DNA from: Callorhinchus milii
Lineage: Eukaryota
Direction of reading: 5' to 3'
NCBI RefSeq assembly: GCF_018977255.1
Contig: NW_024704743.1
Coordinates: 91,638,001-91,702,000, forward strand
DNA length: 64,000 nucleotides
The position numbers were made by a program, and so were the translations under genes. This document shows, piece after piece, positions 1 to 12,661 of the stretch (its first letter is position 1; each line of letters opens with the position of its first letter). Under the pieces are notes generated by a model that worked only from the letters and a program-made list of their open reading frames with translations, was not told where the DNA came from and did not search any database.

Positions 1-9
1 TTTGTTAAA

Positions 10-449
10 AACAACTCACATTTGGTATAGCGTCTTTCACACAGGAGAATGTCTGAAAGCATTTGCTGTAAAGTCTAGTGACTGTATATTTATAGGAGAA
101 CCTAAGAACAGTTTACACGCAACAATGTTCCACAAAGAGCCATCAAGGGAATTATATTTTATTCTTTCCTAGTGTCCAGGCCAATACATTGTTGTCCTGG
201 ACACCAGGAGAGAAACTCCCTTCTGTTTTCGAGCAGTGTCATGAGATCTTTAATGTCAAAGCAGAAAAGGCAGACAGATTTGGGTTTTACATCACATCTG
301 AAGGATGGCACCTCTGGCAATGCAGCACTCCCCAACACTGCACTGGAGTATTAGCATAGACTTGGGAGTTCAAAATCCTAAATTAGAGCTCAAACCCATA
401 AGCTTCTGACTCAGAGGTGAGAATGCTACCAACTATGTCAGGCTGACAC
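10..449 (-). mobile_element. Deu-domain SINE (SacSINE1/AmnSINE1-like), near full length, diverged
   Basis: Minus strand: tRNA-like head (gtgtcagcctgacatagttggtagcattctc), Deu-like core (gaggtgccatccttcagatgtgatgtaaaaccc...ttaaagatctcatgacact) and L2-type tail. Confidence 0.8.
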
Positions 450-1614
450 GACTAAGAAATCAGTACCACTACTTTTATTTCTTAATATTTACACGCTGCT
501 GAGGATACTGCATTGGAAAATACAATTTTTTTTGTAAATATGGGCACTCTTTATGTCAGTTTTCTGCATGTCAGTGCTGTGCATTCAATTACTTCTATCT
601 GCGTTTGTGAAGAATAGAAACATAATATGGTATAAAAGAGCAATTATTTATCCAGATATCTCTCTACAGAACATTGCAGTCTATTCAGAATGCATTTAGG
701 TAACTGCAGCTTCAGTGACCAGCAACTGCAGTGCACCAGAATTCACAGTTCAATTTCATTTCCTGCACAGCCTCAATGCATCATAAAGTCTACTCTGTGT
801 TTGATTTTGACCTCGCTTCTATTTTTCTTTGTCCGGATGAATTTATCTTTTGATACAAAAGCAGTCTGCTTCCTTGTATTGCCGAAAGCATTAAGGTGAT
901 GTAAGTTAGTTTTCATTGTAAGTGGAGGTGAAAGGGTTCAATATCATACTGATTACTATTACAGGTGAAGTTCAATCAGCTGTATATTATACTGATCACT
1001 ATTACAATGACTTTACAAACATCTCCTTCTTTGCACCATTCTTGATTTTGGAATTAAACAAATTGAATTTTTGATTTTCTCAGATCACGTTGTGGTTGAA
1101 TTCTCTTATGTTACAGACCTTAGTTGCATAATCAACATTTTGAATAAATCATGCCTTTTCCTGACATCCTAGATATCTGGTAGATATCTATTTACTGGTT
1201 AAACTGACATAATTATAATTGATGTAAGAGCTCAGGGTGTTGGAAACCAAAACCAGGATCCTGCTGAAATCACTGTCTGTAATACAGACAACTCTGCCTT
1301 CAGATGAGATGTGTCTGTCTGTCTGTTCAGATGGAGGCTATAGATCACATGGCACTTTTCAAAAGAGAAAAGCGTTTTCCTTGGTGATTTGTTCATTGGG
1401 ACATTGCTGTGCTTAAATAGGCTGTTACATTCACCTACAAAATACACAGTCACTACGCTTCACAGTAAATCCTGTGAAGCACTTTGAGAGGTCCTCCCGA
1501 TGTGAAAAGCTCTATATCAACTGCAATGCTATAGAGATGGCTGAAGAGGAGTTTCTTACTTAAATATGTTTTACATGCTACTGCTACTTTTTTTGTCCTT
1601 CCGCATATTTACAG

Positions 1615-1684
1615 TGAGATATGGTGAGCACTCTATTAATAATATCACCGCTGGTGCCTCTGCAAGTTCAGACAACCTCACAAA
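1615..1684 (+). other. Candidate spliced exon (70 nt), product unknown
   Basis: Pyrimidine-rich acceptor tttttttgtccttccgcatatttacag| and donor aaa|gtaagt; one open frame reads RYGEHSINNITAGASASSDNLT; no recognised homology. Confidence 0.25.
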
Positions 1685-1883
1685 GTAAGTAATTGTGTTA
1701 ATTACTCAGATTGTTGTGTATTTTAATAGGACCCTGGGTGACTAACAGTAAATATGGTAGAGCTGAATTTCAACATTGGGTGAATGTAAGCTCTGCTGAA
1801 TACAGGCTGCTACTAAAACTTCATTGCAGCCTTTTCTGAATGCAAACGTTAGGCCATTAGTCATCACAATTCAAAAATTGTCA

Positions 1884-2210
1884 AATAATAAATAACCCTT
1901 GCATTTGTTATGGCGCCTTATCACATCTTTGAGATGCCTCAAAGCACTTTACAGAATATACTGTAAAGTGAATTAACTGTATTTTTTGGGGCAAAATGAG
2001 GCAGCCAATTGCGCACAGCAGTGTCCCAAAAAACAGTTGTGGATTGAGTAACCAAATTATTATTTTTTTTAAAAAAAATTCAAGGGATTATTGCCCCCAG
2101 AAAAGTGATCTGCCAATTGACTAACAACCGCATTCCTACTTATTACTAGGTAAACAGAGGCGTGTAGAGTAAGGAAAATTGCCCAATGGAATCGAACCCG
2201 GGTCCTCTCC
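1884..2210 (-). mobile_element. tRNA-derived SINE with L2-type tail, long variant, head truncated
   Basis: Matches the copies at 53338-53735 and 58343-58716 (ctaggtaaacagagg...gagtaaggaaa, (taa)n tail). Confidence 0.85.
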
Positions 2211-2519
2211 TAAATGGTTTTAGGTCGAATGTCTATCCATTCTGTGCTGAGTAAGATATTCTTTGCCAGAGCACTACAGTTAGCTTCAATTTTGGGTTAG
2301 GAAATAGTTGCATTTAGCTGTCCAGTGCCCCTCACTGGAAAAAACATGTGTATGGCTGCCGGGAGGGCAATGGCTCAGCTTCTGCAGTGTTGAACAATTC
2401 CCTCTCCTAGCTTGTTCATGAAGAATAGCCTCAGAAAGAGAGATGGGGGATCGGGGGGAGAGAGATGTGGGTAACTGCACCTGTGAAACTTTACCTAAAC
2501 AGAAATCAGTTATATAAGG

Positions 2520-2845
2520 AAATTCTTCACCATTTCAAACCATACCACGAGGTTCACAAAAATATACCACCTGCACATGGGAAACACACGCTCTCTCTCT
2601 CACTGGAGGCACACACTCTGCTAACCTAATTCTGGAAAGTATAAAGTGCAAGTTGGCAAACTCCTTGTTCCTTGTCCAGCTAGGTCCATCATATCCGCTA
2701 GGGCTTCAGTTTGCGGGATTAACATGAGCTGAGTGGGAAGAGTCTCTTCCCCCAGTGACCGGTCTGCCCCTTCAAGTCCTTTTGGCTGGTATATCATCAG
2801 CAGTGTCCTGGAGTACTGCATATCTGCCTGGCTCAGGAATCAAAC
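2520..2845 (-). repeat. Old dispersed repeat, same family as 22560-22740 and 39580-40075
   Basis: Reverse complement gattcctgagccaggcagatatgcagtactccaggacactgctgatg aligns with 39583 gtttctgagccaggcagatctgcaatactccagtgcactgttgata; ctcttcccac and ccagaattagg blocks also shared. Confidence 0.75.
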
Positions 2846-4019
2846 CACCAAAACCACAGAGGTTTGACTTGATTCTAACATTACGCTGCAAAGCATCTTA
2901 CTTTGGTGCCAATTTACCTCAAGGAAACTCTGCTTAGCTAACCCCCCCACCAAGGAGGATAGTGATGATGTGCTACACATGAATGGTGACAATTTACAGC
3001 AATTGCAAACTTTGGCAGAGATAGACTCAGCTATTTTCTGCTTCGTCTTCCCTCTGTCTTTGGTCCTCTCTCAAAAAAACACTTACTTTGGCATATCTTC
3101 CAGTAGCAACATGAATACAGAAGAAAAGGCCACAGATTTTCTCATAAGGAAGTCTAGTTACAAAGCCAGATATTGAATCAGTTAGTCCCCAAGGTGGAAT
3201 GGAACAAATGTTTTAACAAAACTGCTTCATTCAAGTAAAGATTCCTTTGTATCTCAACCTACATAGAAGAATACACACGTAACCAGTCAGTCCAGTCAAG
3301 TCTCTCTAAATATAACACTTATACGTTCAAATGACTTCGTCCTTGACAACTCGAGAGTAATCGTTTTTTCAGTCTCCAGATCTTCATTAAAAACAAGGAT
3401 TCATTTAATTAGGTCTATTCAAAATGAAAATAATATACTGCAAAGAAGCTCCAATTTGCATTAACATAATGTTCACTCTTCTCACTGATTGAATTGTAAC
3501 ATGTCTTCTAATTCCCAGAGCAATGATGCAGAATTACTAGGATAAAATTGTCAAATATTACAGATGATATCGGTGGAATATGTGATATTTCATATCTGAT
3601 TTTGGGGGGTATTTCCACCCGGGTCCAGTTTAATTTCTAATGAATATAATCTAATTTAAATTAATTTAATCTAATTTAATTTCCAATGCTAATTTATTTT
3701 TAAGAACCACAGAAAATTGACTTCAAAGTTAAAACTGACTTCAACAATTTGCCAAATTGTGATGGTCTAAAATGCTACCTAGATAGTGTATCTAGATCTG
3801 GGTGAAATTTCTCCATGTTGGTGTGATAAATTATCTCACTGAACCCACAAGAAACATTATAGTTTCAGTCGATAATTATTGACCAGTTTCAGATGTGAAC
3901 ATTCCCCAAGTGTAACTCATTGTTGGGCCCAAAGGGAGGTGACTAGTTGTGATAGTCATATTTGCTCTCACTAACAGAACAGTGTTTCAGCACTGCTTCA
4001 TGGAATACCTACCTCAATC

Positions 4020-4432
4020 CAGGAGTATGTCTCAAAGTACTTCACAGGATATACCGTACAGTGGAGTGATTGTTTATTTATAAGTGAACAGGGCAGGACA
4101 TCTGCACACAGTAATGTCCCACAACAGCCATGAAGTGATTGATTGACCAATTTTATTTTGGGGATTGTTAGCCAGGATACTGGGAGAAATTCCCTTCTCT
4201 TTTCAAATAATGCAATGCGATGTTTAATGTACTTCTTGCACGGGCAGCCGTGACCTCTGTTTAAGGTCCTCTCCACGGACGTATATGGGCCATCCAATGC
4301 CAATTCATCGTACTTCTAGCAGTTCATTGGAGTGTCAGCCTAGACTGTGAGTTGAATGTCCAGACATGGGGCTTGAACTCACAACCTTCTGACTCAGAGG
4401 CGAGAATGCTACCAAATAAGCCAAGCTCAGCA
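4020..4432 (-). mobile_element. Deu-domain SINE, diverged
   Basis: Head gctgagcttggcttatttggtagcattctcgcctctgagtcagaaggttgtgagttcaagcccc on minus strand, followed by Deu core and tail. Confidence 0.8.
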
Positions 4433-5474
4433 GCTGGCGAGCTCAGTAGTAGCACAGTGATTGAAAACAACAATGGCCGCATTGAAATCTTTGGGTTGAA
4501 AAATTGCACCTTAGTCGGGGGGATAGCAGTGTTCACATTTGAAACCTGATAATAACTGTCAACTGAAATTATAATATTTCTTAACAGATGCATTTTGTTC
4601 TGGAAGTGAAAGCAGCTTCATTCCAACTGAAGCTGCTTTCACCTCCAGAGTTGAATTCTGCCAGCGTTTCCTTGTGTATGGTATATCTTGTTTATCAAGG
4701 CAACCGCCTACCTGAAAATGACAACAGTATGGGTGATTTAACAATATTGTTATTAGCAATCTACTGGAATGAATGCAACATTGAGCAGTGAAATTCAGGC
4801 CTTATATTGAAGCTTGCTCTTTTGTGTGTGAGATGGCATCACGCCAATGATGCACCAGAGGCAACTATAACAAAAAGGACAGATATCTTACCAATTTGAC
4901 ATTAGTATTTACTGGGAGCACAGAAAAATTGTGAAAATGCTTTTACGGCAGCAATAACAAGTTACAAATTTCCCATCTTAATGCATTCTCCTCCCCCCAA
5001 AAAATTCACAAATGATTAACTTTGTATTTGCATCCCTGTTTGCAGCAGCGAAAAGGCCAAGATTGCAAGCGACAGCACTGCCTAGGAGAAAAATTCACTA
5101 GCTCAAAGCACTACGTGACTTTTCCATCACATTCAGTGCAGAGATTCTGAAGCGCTGAACTGAAGCTGCAGATGCTTTGGTGTTCAACACAAACACATCA
5201 AGGTCTGGTTTATGCATGAGCAACCCTGATGGTGCTGCTCCAGACATGCTCTTGAAGAGGGCTGTTGTGCTGCCACTGTATCTCTCCAGTGCTATTGGAG
5301 GTTGGACCTGGCATGGAGCAGGAACTGGTCTCTATGACTATAAATTAGCCTGATTTTCGAAATTGCAATTTCGTTGTTAGCACCTGTTGAGTTAAAATGT
5401 CTCAAAGTATTTTACAGGTAATTGCTGCTAAGTAGTCACTGCGTATTTGGAGGATATTAAATATATAACCAATA

Positions 5475-5870
5475 CGTGCATTTGATGCCGTACCTTCCAT
5501 TTCGGTAGGACATCTCAAAGCACTTTACAGGATACAGTATAAATTGTATTGACCGTATATTTCGTAGGTGAGTGTGATGGCCCACTTGTACACAGCAATG
5601 TCCCACAAAGAGAATGATCTATTTTATCTGTTGACCAGGACACCAAGAAAAAAAATCATTCTCTTTTCAAATAGTGCTGTAGAATCTTTAACATCCATCT
5701 GAACAAGCAGGCAGGACCTCGGTTTAACATCTTATCCAAACGATGGCACTCAATCAGCTCTCCCCCAGCACTGCACTGGAGTGTCAGACTGGACTATAAG
5801 AGTTAAAAGTGCTGATGTGGGGCTTGAAACCACAACTTTCTTACTCAGAGACCATCAACTGATCCACATA
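5475..5870 (-). mobile_element. Deu-domain SINE, diverged
   Basis: gaatctttaacatccatctgaacaagcaggcaggacctcggtttaacatcttatccaaacgatggcac is the reverse complement of the Deu core. Confidence 0.8.
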
Positions 5871-6404
5871 GTCAATTTGCTCATGGCAACATGGGGACAC
5901 TAAACTCTAGTTCTCTTTTTGGGTAGTGTTATGAGACCTCTAATATCCTCCTGCACGGATCTCAATTTAATGTCTCATTCTAAGTATGCCATCTTATTTA
6001 ACATCAGGATGAAATCAACAAAACAACAAAATTACATTTGTATAGCGCCTTTCATGTCGGGAGGACGTCCCAAGGTGCTGGATCCAACAATGCCGCTCTA
6101 TTAGCAATGCACTGGAGTGTCGACTGCGAGTTCATGGTCCCAACATGGGGTTTGAACCCACAACCATCTAATCTAGAGACACGAGGGTAACCGCAGGCTC
6201 AGCTGAGTAGAGGAGACACACTGGGTACGTCTGGCATTCCATCTCACTGCCTGGAGTACCAGGAGGGATAAACATTGGATCTTAATGCTAACATGTACTG
6301 CATTGGTAAAGAGTAACAATTCCCTGCCAAGGGTCACTCACTAAAATTGGCAATGGTGCTTTTTGATTTATAGTGTCACTCTTTAACTGAAATACTGCTC
6401 CACG

Positions 6405-6892
6405 TAGATCCATAAAAAATTGCAGAAGACCATTCAGCCCATTGTGTCTTTAATGCGCTTTGAAAGCAATCCACCCAGTCCTATTTAGCTGCCTTTTCCC
6501 TATACCACTTCAAATTATTCCTTTTTAGAAATCTATCGAGATCCCTCTTGAAGTGATTATCAATCCTGGCAAGATCACCTCACTAAACAAGTCTTTGTCC
6601 AAAAACAAATTCTCCTAATCTCTTCCTTTGTTTCTTAAATTGATGCACCCCACTCACTGATTTAACAACCAATGGAACAACAGTCTCCTTGTCAAAACCC
6701 TCCACTATTTTAAAGGCCTCTGTCAGATATCCTCTCCTCTCAATCTTTTCTAGTCCAGTGAAAACAGAAGTTCCTCTAGTCTTTGCTCATAGGTCAAAAC
6801 AACTCATCCCTGGTATCATCCTCGTAAATCTCCTTCAAACTTCTCTATGGCTCTGATATCCTTTCTAAATTAGGATGACCAAAACTGAACAC
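6405..6892 (-). mobile_element. CR1 LINE 3' fragment, old
   Basis: Similar to the 60517-61490 copy: tail motif gaagaccattcagcccattgtgtc and ORF2 end ggatgaccaaaactgaacaca (minus strand reads CVQFWSS). Confidence 0.75.
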
Positions 6893-7223
6893 AATAATAA
6901 TAATAATAATAATAATCCTTGTATTTGATATAGCGCTTTTCACGTCGGGAGGACGTCCCAAAGCGCTTCACAGAACACACTGCAAAGTGAAATGACTGTA
7001 TATTTGTGGGCGAACGCGGCAGCCAATTGCGCACAGCAATGTCCCACAAACAGTCGTAGATTGAAAATGACCAATTTAATTATTGTTTTTAGTTTTGGAG
7101 GGATTATTATTAGGCTCTGTGTGGAGTAAGGAAACTTGCCCAAGGTTTCGCCCTCTGCCTGGAATTGAACTCAGGTCTCTCACTTGCAAAGTGAGTGCTC
7201 TAACCACTGAGCTACAGGACTCC
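6893..7223 (-). mobile_element. tRNA-derived SINE, short variant, full length and young (SINE2-1_CM-like)
   Basis: Head ggagtcctgtagctcagtggttagagcac (A box), gagttcaattcc (B box), L2-type stem-loop tail and (tta)n; near-identical to 32622-32963. Confidence 0.92.
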
Positions 7224-9009
7224 TGAACTGTGGTCCAGTTTGGACCACAAACTGTGGTCAAATTAAAAATTTATACAAGGTTAAACATTACCTCTTTGAT
7301 TTTATCCTCAGCTTTATTCACAGTTTTTTCACCACCTTTTCCATCTTTAAAGTTTGTAGTCCATGCCACTATTGCTGATCATAAACATCACTTGAAACAT
7401 TTTCCGATTACTGACAGCCCCACACAAATGGAGGCACTTTCTGCTATACTCTCCAAGTCTCTGCAGCCAAAGGTCATAAGTAAATAATACAGTGCTTCCA
7501 CTACAGAAACTCTACAACTGCACTCATTTCTGCACATTCTTCACTCTCTTATCAAGTAATTTGCTGTCACTCTCCCTCTCCACAATATAATTTCTAATAA
7601 TAATTATCACAAAACAACCAGAGCATTTTTCTTCTCTTCAGTTCACTATTTGCTCAACTGTGAAATTTCCAAGTCTTTCCCCTCCTCAATAACCAGCACT
7701 CAGAATTGAATGTAATGTTCCATTTGTGCTGCTGGTAAGGATCTGAAATTGTTTTCAGTGGTAAAGTAATTCCCAGCATAAACGGGATTTGGATTACCGC
7801 CTCTGAATTTTCATTCACTGGGAGACTAGGAAATCTTCACATACGTATAGCTGAACACACATGTGTGGCTCTGCTAACCAGTGCAAGCCCAGTTCATATT
7901 TTAATGTTATTTAATAAGAGGATCATTTGTTCTTTCTTGTTCATTCAAAGAGCCAGTACAGACATGATGGTCCAAATGGCTTTCTTCAGTGCTGTAAAGT
8001 TCTATGGTTCTATGGATCTTCACTGAGTTAGTTGATCTCAGACAGGGTGACACTAGGGATTGTACAATTTGCTTTAGAAGGTTAGGGAGGGGGAACATCA
8101 GACAAGGTTCTTGTTCATTATTGAGAAACAGATACCATTTGTACGTGTGGATCGTAAGCGAAGACAGGATCAGCCTTGACCTCAATACCTCCACAGCACT
8201 GACGGAATCATAGTCTATGAATCATAGCCAAGATGCCACAGGATGCTTTGCCCTCAGCAGAAGGAAACAACAAATGCTTTCAGAAGATGAGGGGAAACAA
8301 TTGGTGGAGACAAAATGGGAAGATAAAAAAGGGAAGAACAAAATGTTTTTTTGATTAACATTAAATGACTCCTTCAAACATCTTTAGTGATACATTTGTG
8401 ATACATGATCAATACATTTCTAAAAGGCTGTTTATGAGTCAAAACCAACATGAACATCTGTAATGATATGACATTGTTGTAAAATATTTCCTGGCAAAAG
8501 CACCCCCTCAAGTCCAGTTAGTTGCCTTTATAAAGTTGATGGTTAAGCCCATAAAATCAGACCCAATGGGTTGCAATGCATGTCAGCAGTTGTGGGTTTA
8601 CAGATCACAGGTAACACTTCCTGAGGTGAACAACGCTGCATAAAATGCAATGATTATTATTTATTAACTCAAGATCCAGCTCACTATCTCAAGACCTGCC
8701 AATTCAAGATCCGACTATCTCAAAATTTCACTAATCTATCTAAAGTTTCTCCAAATAAAATATTTCAAAGGCAATAATCATAATATCATAGTTAATTATT
8801 TCAATTACTTGGGTGCAACTTTTAACTTCAACTTTATTAAAAATGTGAAAATGTGATTTTATTAAATCTGTGTCTATGGAATCCAATAGAAATCATAATG
8901 AAGGAAAATCAATTTCTTCTGAAAGGTAATGAAAGCTCCAATGAAAAGACTTGCCAGTTCCACAGCCATAATATCTTCAGGTTGGAATTTTCAATTACTC
9001 TGAAAAAAG

Positions 9010-9414
9010 AACTTGCATTTTCATAGCCTGTAACAGTGAAACTGCTCAAAACGTTTTAAAATAATTACCTTCACATGTAGTGACTGGTTTTGTAGGCAAA
9101 CCTGATAACCGTTTTGTGCACAGCAAGGTCACACACAGACGTGAAGTGAATGAACAATTAATTGGAAAGTTTGTTGGCCAGGATATGGAATAAACTCCCT
9201 TCTCTTTTCAAGTATTGTCATGGGATCTTTAACATCAACCTGAACAGGCACCTTGGATTGTCTCGTCCGAAGGATGGCACCTCTAGCAATAAGCATTGCC
9301 CAGTGCTACCCTGGACTAACAGTCTAGACTTTGGCTCAAGTCCTGAAGGTGCAACGTCAACCCACAATCTTCTGATCTGGAGGCAAATGCACTAATGTCT
9401 GAGCAAAGTCGACG
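9010..9414 (-). mobile_element. Deu-domain SINE
   Basis: gtcatgggatctttaacatcaacctgaacaggca...tctcgtccgaaggatggcacctc is the reverse complement of the Deu core; head near 9410. Confidence 0.8.
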
Positions 9415-9474
9415 TGTGGTTTTAGCAGTTAACATCCACCCGCCTTGGGTTTAACAAACTTTTTCAAGATCACG

Positions 9475-9905
9475 GTGTCAGGCTGATTCAGTTGGTAGCA
9501 CTCTTGCCTCAGAGTATGAAGATTGTGGGTTCAAGCCCCTCATCAGAATTTAGAACCCGCATTGTCTAAGCTGATGGTCCAATGCAGCGCTGGGGCTGTG
9601 CTGCATGTTGGAGGCGCCGTCCTTTGGATGAGATTGTTAAACTGAGGCCTTGTCTGCCTGTTCAGGTGGATGTTAAAGATTCCATGCCACTATTCAAAAA
9701 GAAAAGGGGATTTTTCCGGTATCCTGACCAACACTCTCTGGTAAAAAAACAGTAATTCGCTCGATGGCTGCTTGTGGGACATTGTTGTGTGCAAATTGGC
9801 TGTTGTGTTCAGCCACACAACACACAGTCACTCCACTTTAGAATATATCCTGTGAAGCACTTTGAGACATCCTTGTGACTTGAAAGGCACTATACTAAAT
9901 GCAAC
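9475..9905 (+). mobile_element. Deu-domain SINE (SacSINE1-like), near full length
   Basis: tRNA-like head gtcaggctgattcagttggtagcactc...gggttcaagcccc; core ggaggcgccgtcctttggatgagattgttaaactgaggcc...gttaaagattccatgccactatt; tail gtgaagcactttgagacatcc...gaaaggcactatac. Confidence 0.85.
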
Positions 9906-11567
9906 AATATATTTAATTTATCATTATTGGTATCTTACACAAAGGATTTGGGTAAACAACCAAAGGTCAGCATGTTTGGGCATCTCAGTAATCCTGTTGT
10001 GTCTGGAATACCAATTGTAATAAACATGTTGACCAGGTATTTAATGATTTCTGCCTGAATGCATCTTAACAGAAGAATCTTTGCTTGTGCTGTTTTCTGA
10101 TGAATGACAGGTAGTCAAGTTGGAAGATTGGAAAACCTCAGGCACCTGGTAGATCTCTTCTCCTACACAGATATCCTCAAACATCCCAAATGCAAAAGCT
10201 CATAACAGAGGCAGCTTTATTTTCCAAAATCTGTTTGATAATTATTCCCCATTTTATGACAAGCTGCAAGGCTTATATATAAGTGTGCTGTCAATTAAAT
10301 CCTTTTTTGTTGGAGAAAAAATGTACAGTATGTTGTTTCCTGCTTGCAGGCAGAAATTCAAATGCCAATGTTAATGGTGTTTAATCAGCATACCATGTAC
10401 AAGGGAATTTATCTGCAAGAAAATCTGACTTTCAGATTTCATCTGGGTGTGAGGAATAAAATTACCCTTGCACAAAGTCAGTTTTTGTTTCTCAATGACA
10501 GTGTCATTATGAATTACTCTGATAATATATAAATGCCATACAATCGAAATTTCATACGCAAACCGAGATGAGAAAAGCTGAAACTGGGCTTGGCATGAAT
10601 GGAGGTGACAGTGGTTATTACCCATTGATTTATTCAATGTGACCTTTCTATTATCCCACTGGTCAGAGCTCTGTGAACCTCATATAGGAATAATCTACAG
10701 AGATTGCTGAACATGAAACTGTACTTCCGTCATCAAATACACATCTAAATTATTGTAAATATTAATTATTGTATTGTCCTGTCTTTTCTTCCTTTATGCT
10801 ACCTCTCCTGAAGATGATGAGGCTTCAAAGGTTCCTGCAACCTTTCAATACCTCATCCAAAGAATGCTTTTCCTATTTGAAATGGATGGGTAACCACCAA
10901 AATGGCCTGTGGGTCTAATATGCTGTATTTGCAAAAGGGATGAAACACAATAAATGATAATATATAAATACCATAACATTGATAAATACCATACTTCTCG
11001 ATCAGCCAGGCAATTTACAGCTGCCACTAGGGAAAGAAAGACTCACAGCAAAATGACCCGTAATAGCAGACCGTGCCTTGCTCTCCAGATTTGTTTTTTT
11101 GCACATCTTCCCATCTCTTTTGCGAACATCTGAATGTCAGAAGGGCAATCATGGGCCTGACTGTCAAACCTAATTCTGTTCTACCTCAGCATCCACAGAC
11201 ACTGAACTCACTCCAGTGTGGATTTCCCCCTCTGTATCTCACCAATGTTAACACCTGTTAAAAGCTGTTTGTAGCACCTCTCCAACTGAAGTCAACTCCT
11301 AATCCTTTGGATTCTTGTCTGTATCCTGAGCATTCAAATGAAGTGGAGAGCCTTTCTACACTTGAGGGATATGGGAATGGGGTGAAACTGAGTAGCTTTC
11401 AGGGCTCAAACCTGCTACAAAAACTTTTAATTCTCCAAATCAGGTCAGTGGAAATTTTTGGAAGGATTTTCCAAAGTCTTTTGCTTTCCTCCTCTAAATA
11501 TACCAGAGAGCTCTTGTGTTTTATTTCCCAGTTAAATTATTTAAATCTGCCTCATTTCAATAAATCT

Positions 11568-11795
11568 ATGCAAAACGCAAATTACTGCAGATGCTGGAAA
11601 TCAGAAACAAAAACAGAAGTCGCTGGGAACTCTCAACAGATCAGGCAGCATCTATGGAGAAAGGAAAGTGAGTCAACATTTCGGGTCCATATTCTGACGA
11701 AGGGTCGCGGACCCGAAACGTTGACTCACTTTCCTTTCTCCATAGATGCTGCCTGACCTGCTAAGTGTTCCCAGTGACTTCTGGTTTTGTTTCAA
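11568..11795 (+). mobile_element. Penelope-like retroelement remnant forming a long inverted repeat
   Basis: Arms 11604-11688 and 11709-11793 are reverse complements with few mismatches; resembles the common chondrichthyan aggtcaggcagcatct/agatgctgcctgacct palindromic repeat. Confidence 0.75.
11690..11727 (+). ncRNA. Minimal type I hammerhead ribozyme motif, stem I degenerate
   Basis: CTGACGA (11694-11700), stem II GGGTC-gcg-GACCC (11702-11714), GAAAC (11715-11719), GTT triplet (11720-11722). Confidence 0.6.
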
Positions 11796-12074
11796 TAATA
11801 CCTGATTCAACTTGTGTCACAAAGTAAAACTTGTTGCTTATCAAAAGAGCCAGAGCTCGTGAAGGCCTTACTACATTACAAGATGTTATTATTAAACTTA
11901 GAAGCATAGAATCATAGAACATTATAGTACAGAAAAAGGCAATTTTAGTCTGGTGAAGTTGTACTGATCAGGAAGATTATGTCATCTGAGGGAGGGCACA
12001 GTTTTAGTTTTTTTCAGCACTCTGAGACTATCTTGCATGAAGAGTAATACAATAAATACAAGTAGTTGCTACCA

Positions 12075-12232
12075 GATTCGATAATAGATTTCAAAAGCGA
12101 TTTGGATAGGTACTTGGAAAGGAAATATTTGCAGGGCTATGGGGTAAGAGTAGAGGAGTGGGACTAGTCGGATAGCTCTTTCAAAGAGTTACGGTGAGCT
12201 GAATGGTCCCATTCTGTGCTGGAATATTCTAT
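12075..12232 (+). mobile_element. CR1 LINE 3' end
   Basis: ttggataggtacttggaaaggaaatatttgcagggctatgggg...gctgaatggtcccattctgtgctg...ttctatg, matching other CR1 tails in the window. Confidence 0.75.
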
Positions 12233-12661
12233 GAGGTCACAGGAGATTCATGAGAGCTGTGAGCACATATTAGCTTAAAGAGGTGTAGAAACCATCTGCT
12301 AAATATAAGAATTGGTGACAGTGATGGATAGTAGGTAACCTACATTCTCTGGCCCATTCAAAAACTATTGCAATGTGTCACACATATATCTAGAGGAGCA
12401 TTGGGACAATGTATGAACTGTTACTATTTCTGGTTATTAAGTAAAGAACATGTGAGACTGAGTGAGGGAGATATGTAGCCACAGTTCTTATACCTCAATT
12501 GATTTAGGATAATCAGTGGATCATCAGAATAAAAGTGGAGATTAGAATGCTTATGTTTTACACAGAGAGCTGTGAGAATATGGAATGCTTTCTTACAAAT
12601 TGCTGGTGAATTTAACTCCATAATAGAATCTAAAGGAAATTACATAAATACTTGAAGAAAG

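Noticed and set aside
927..1007. Short direct repeat (tat.atactgat.actattaca twice)
   Set aside because: Two imperfect copies only; an ordinary local duplication.
11307..11756. 149-aa ORF
   Set aside because: No recognised domain, non-ATG start, and the C-terminal half is the Penelope-type palindrome.
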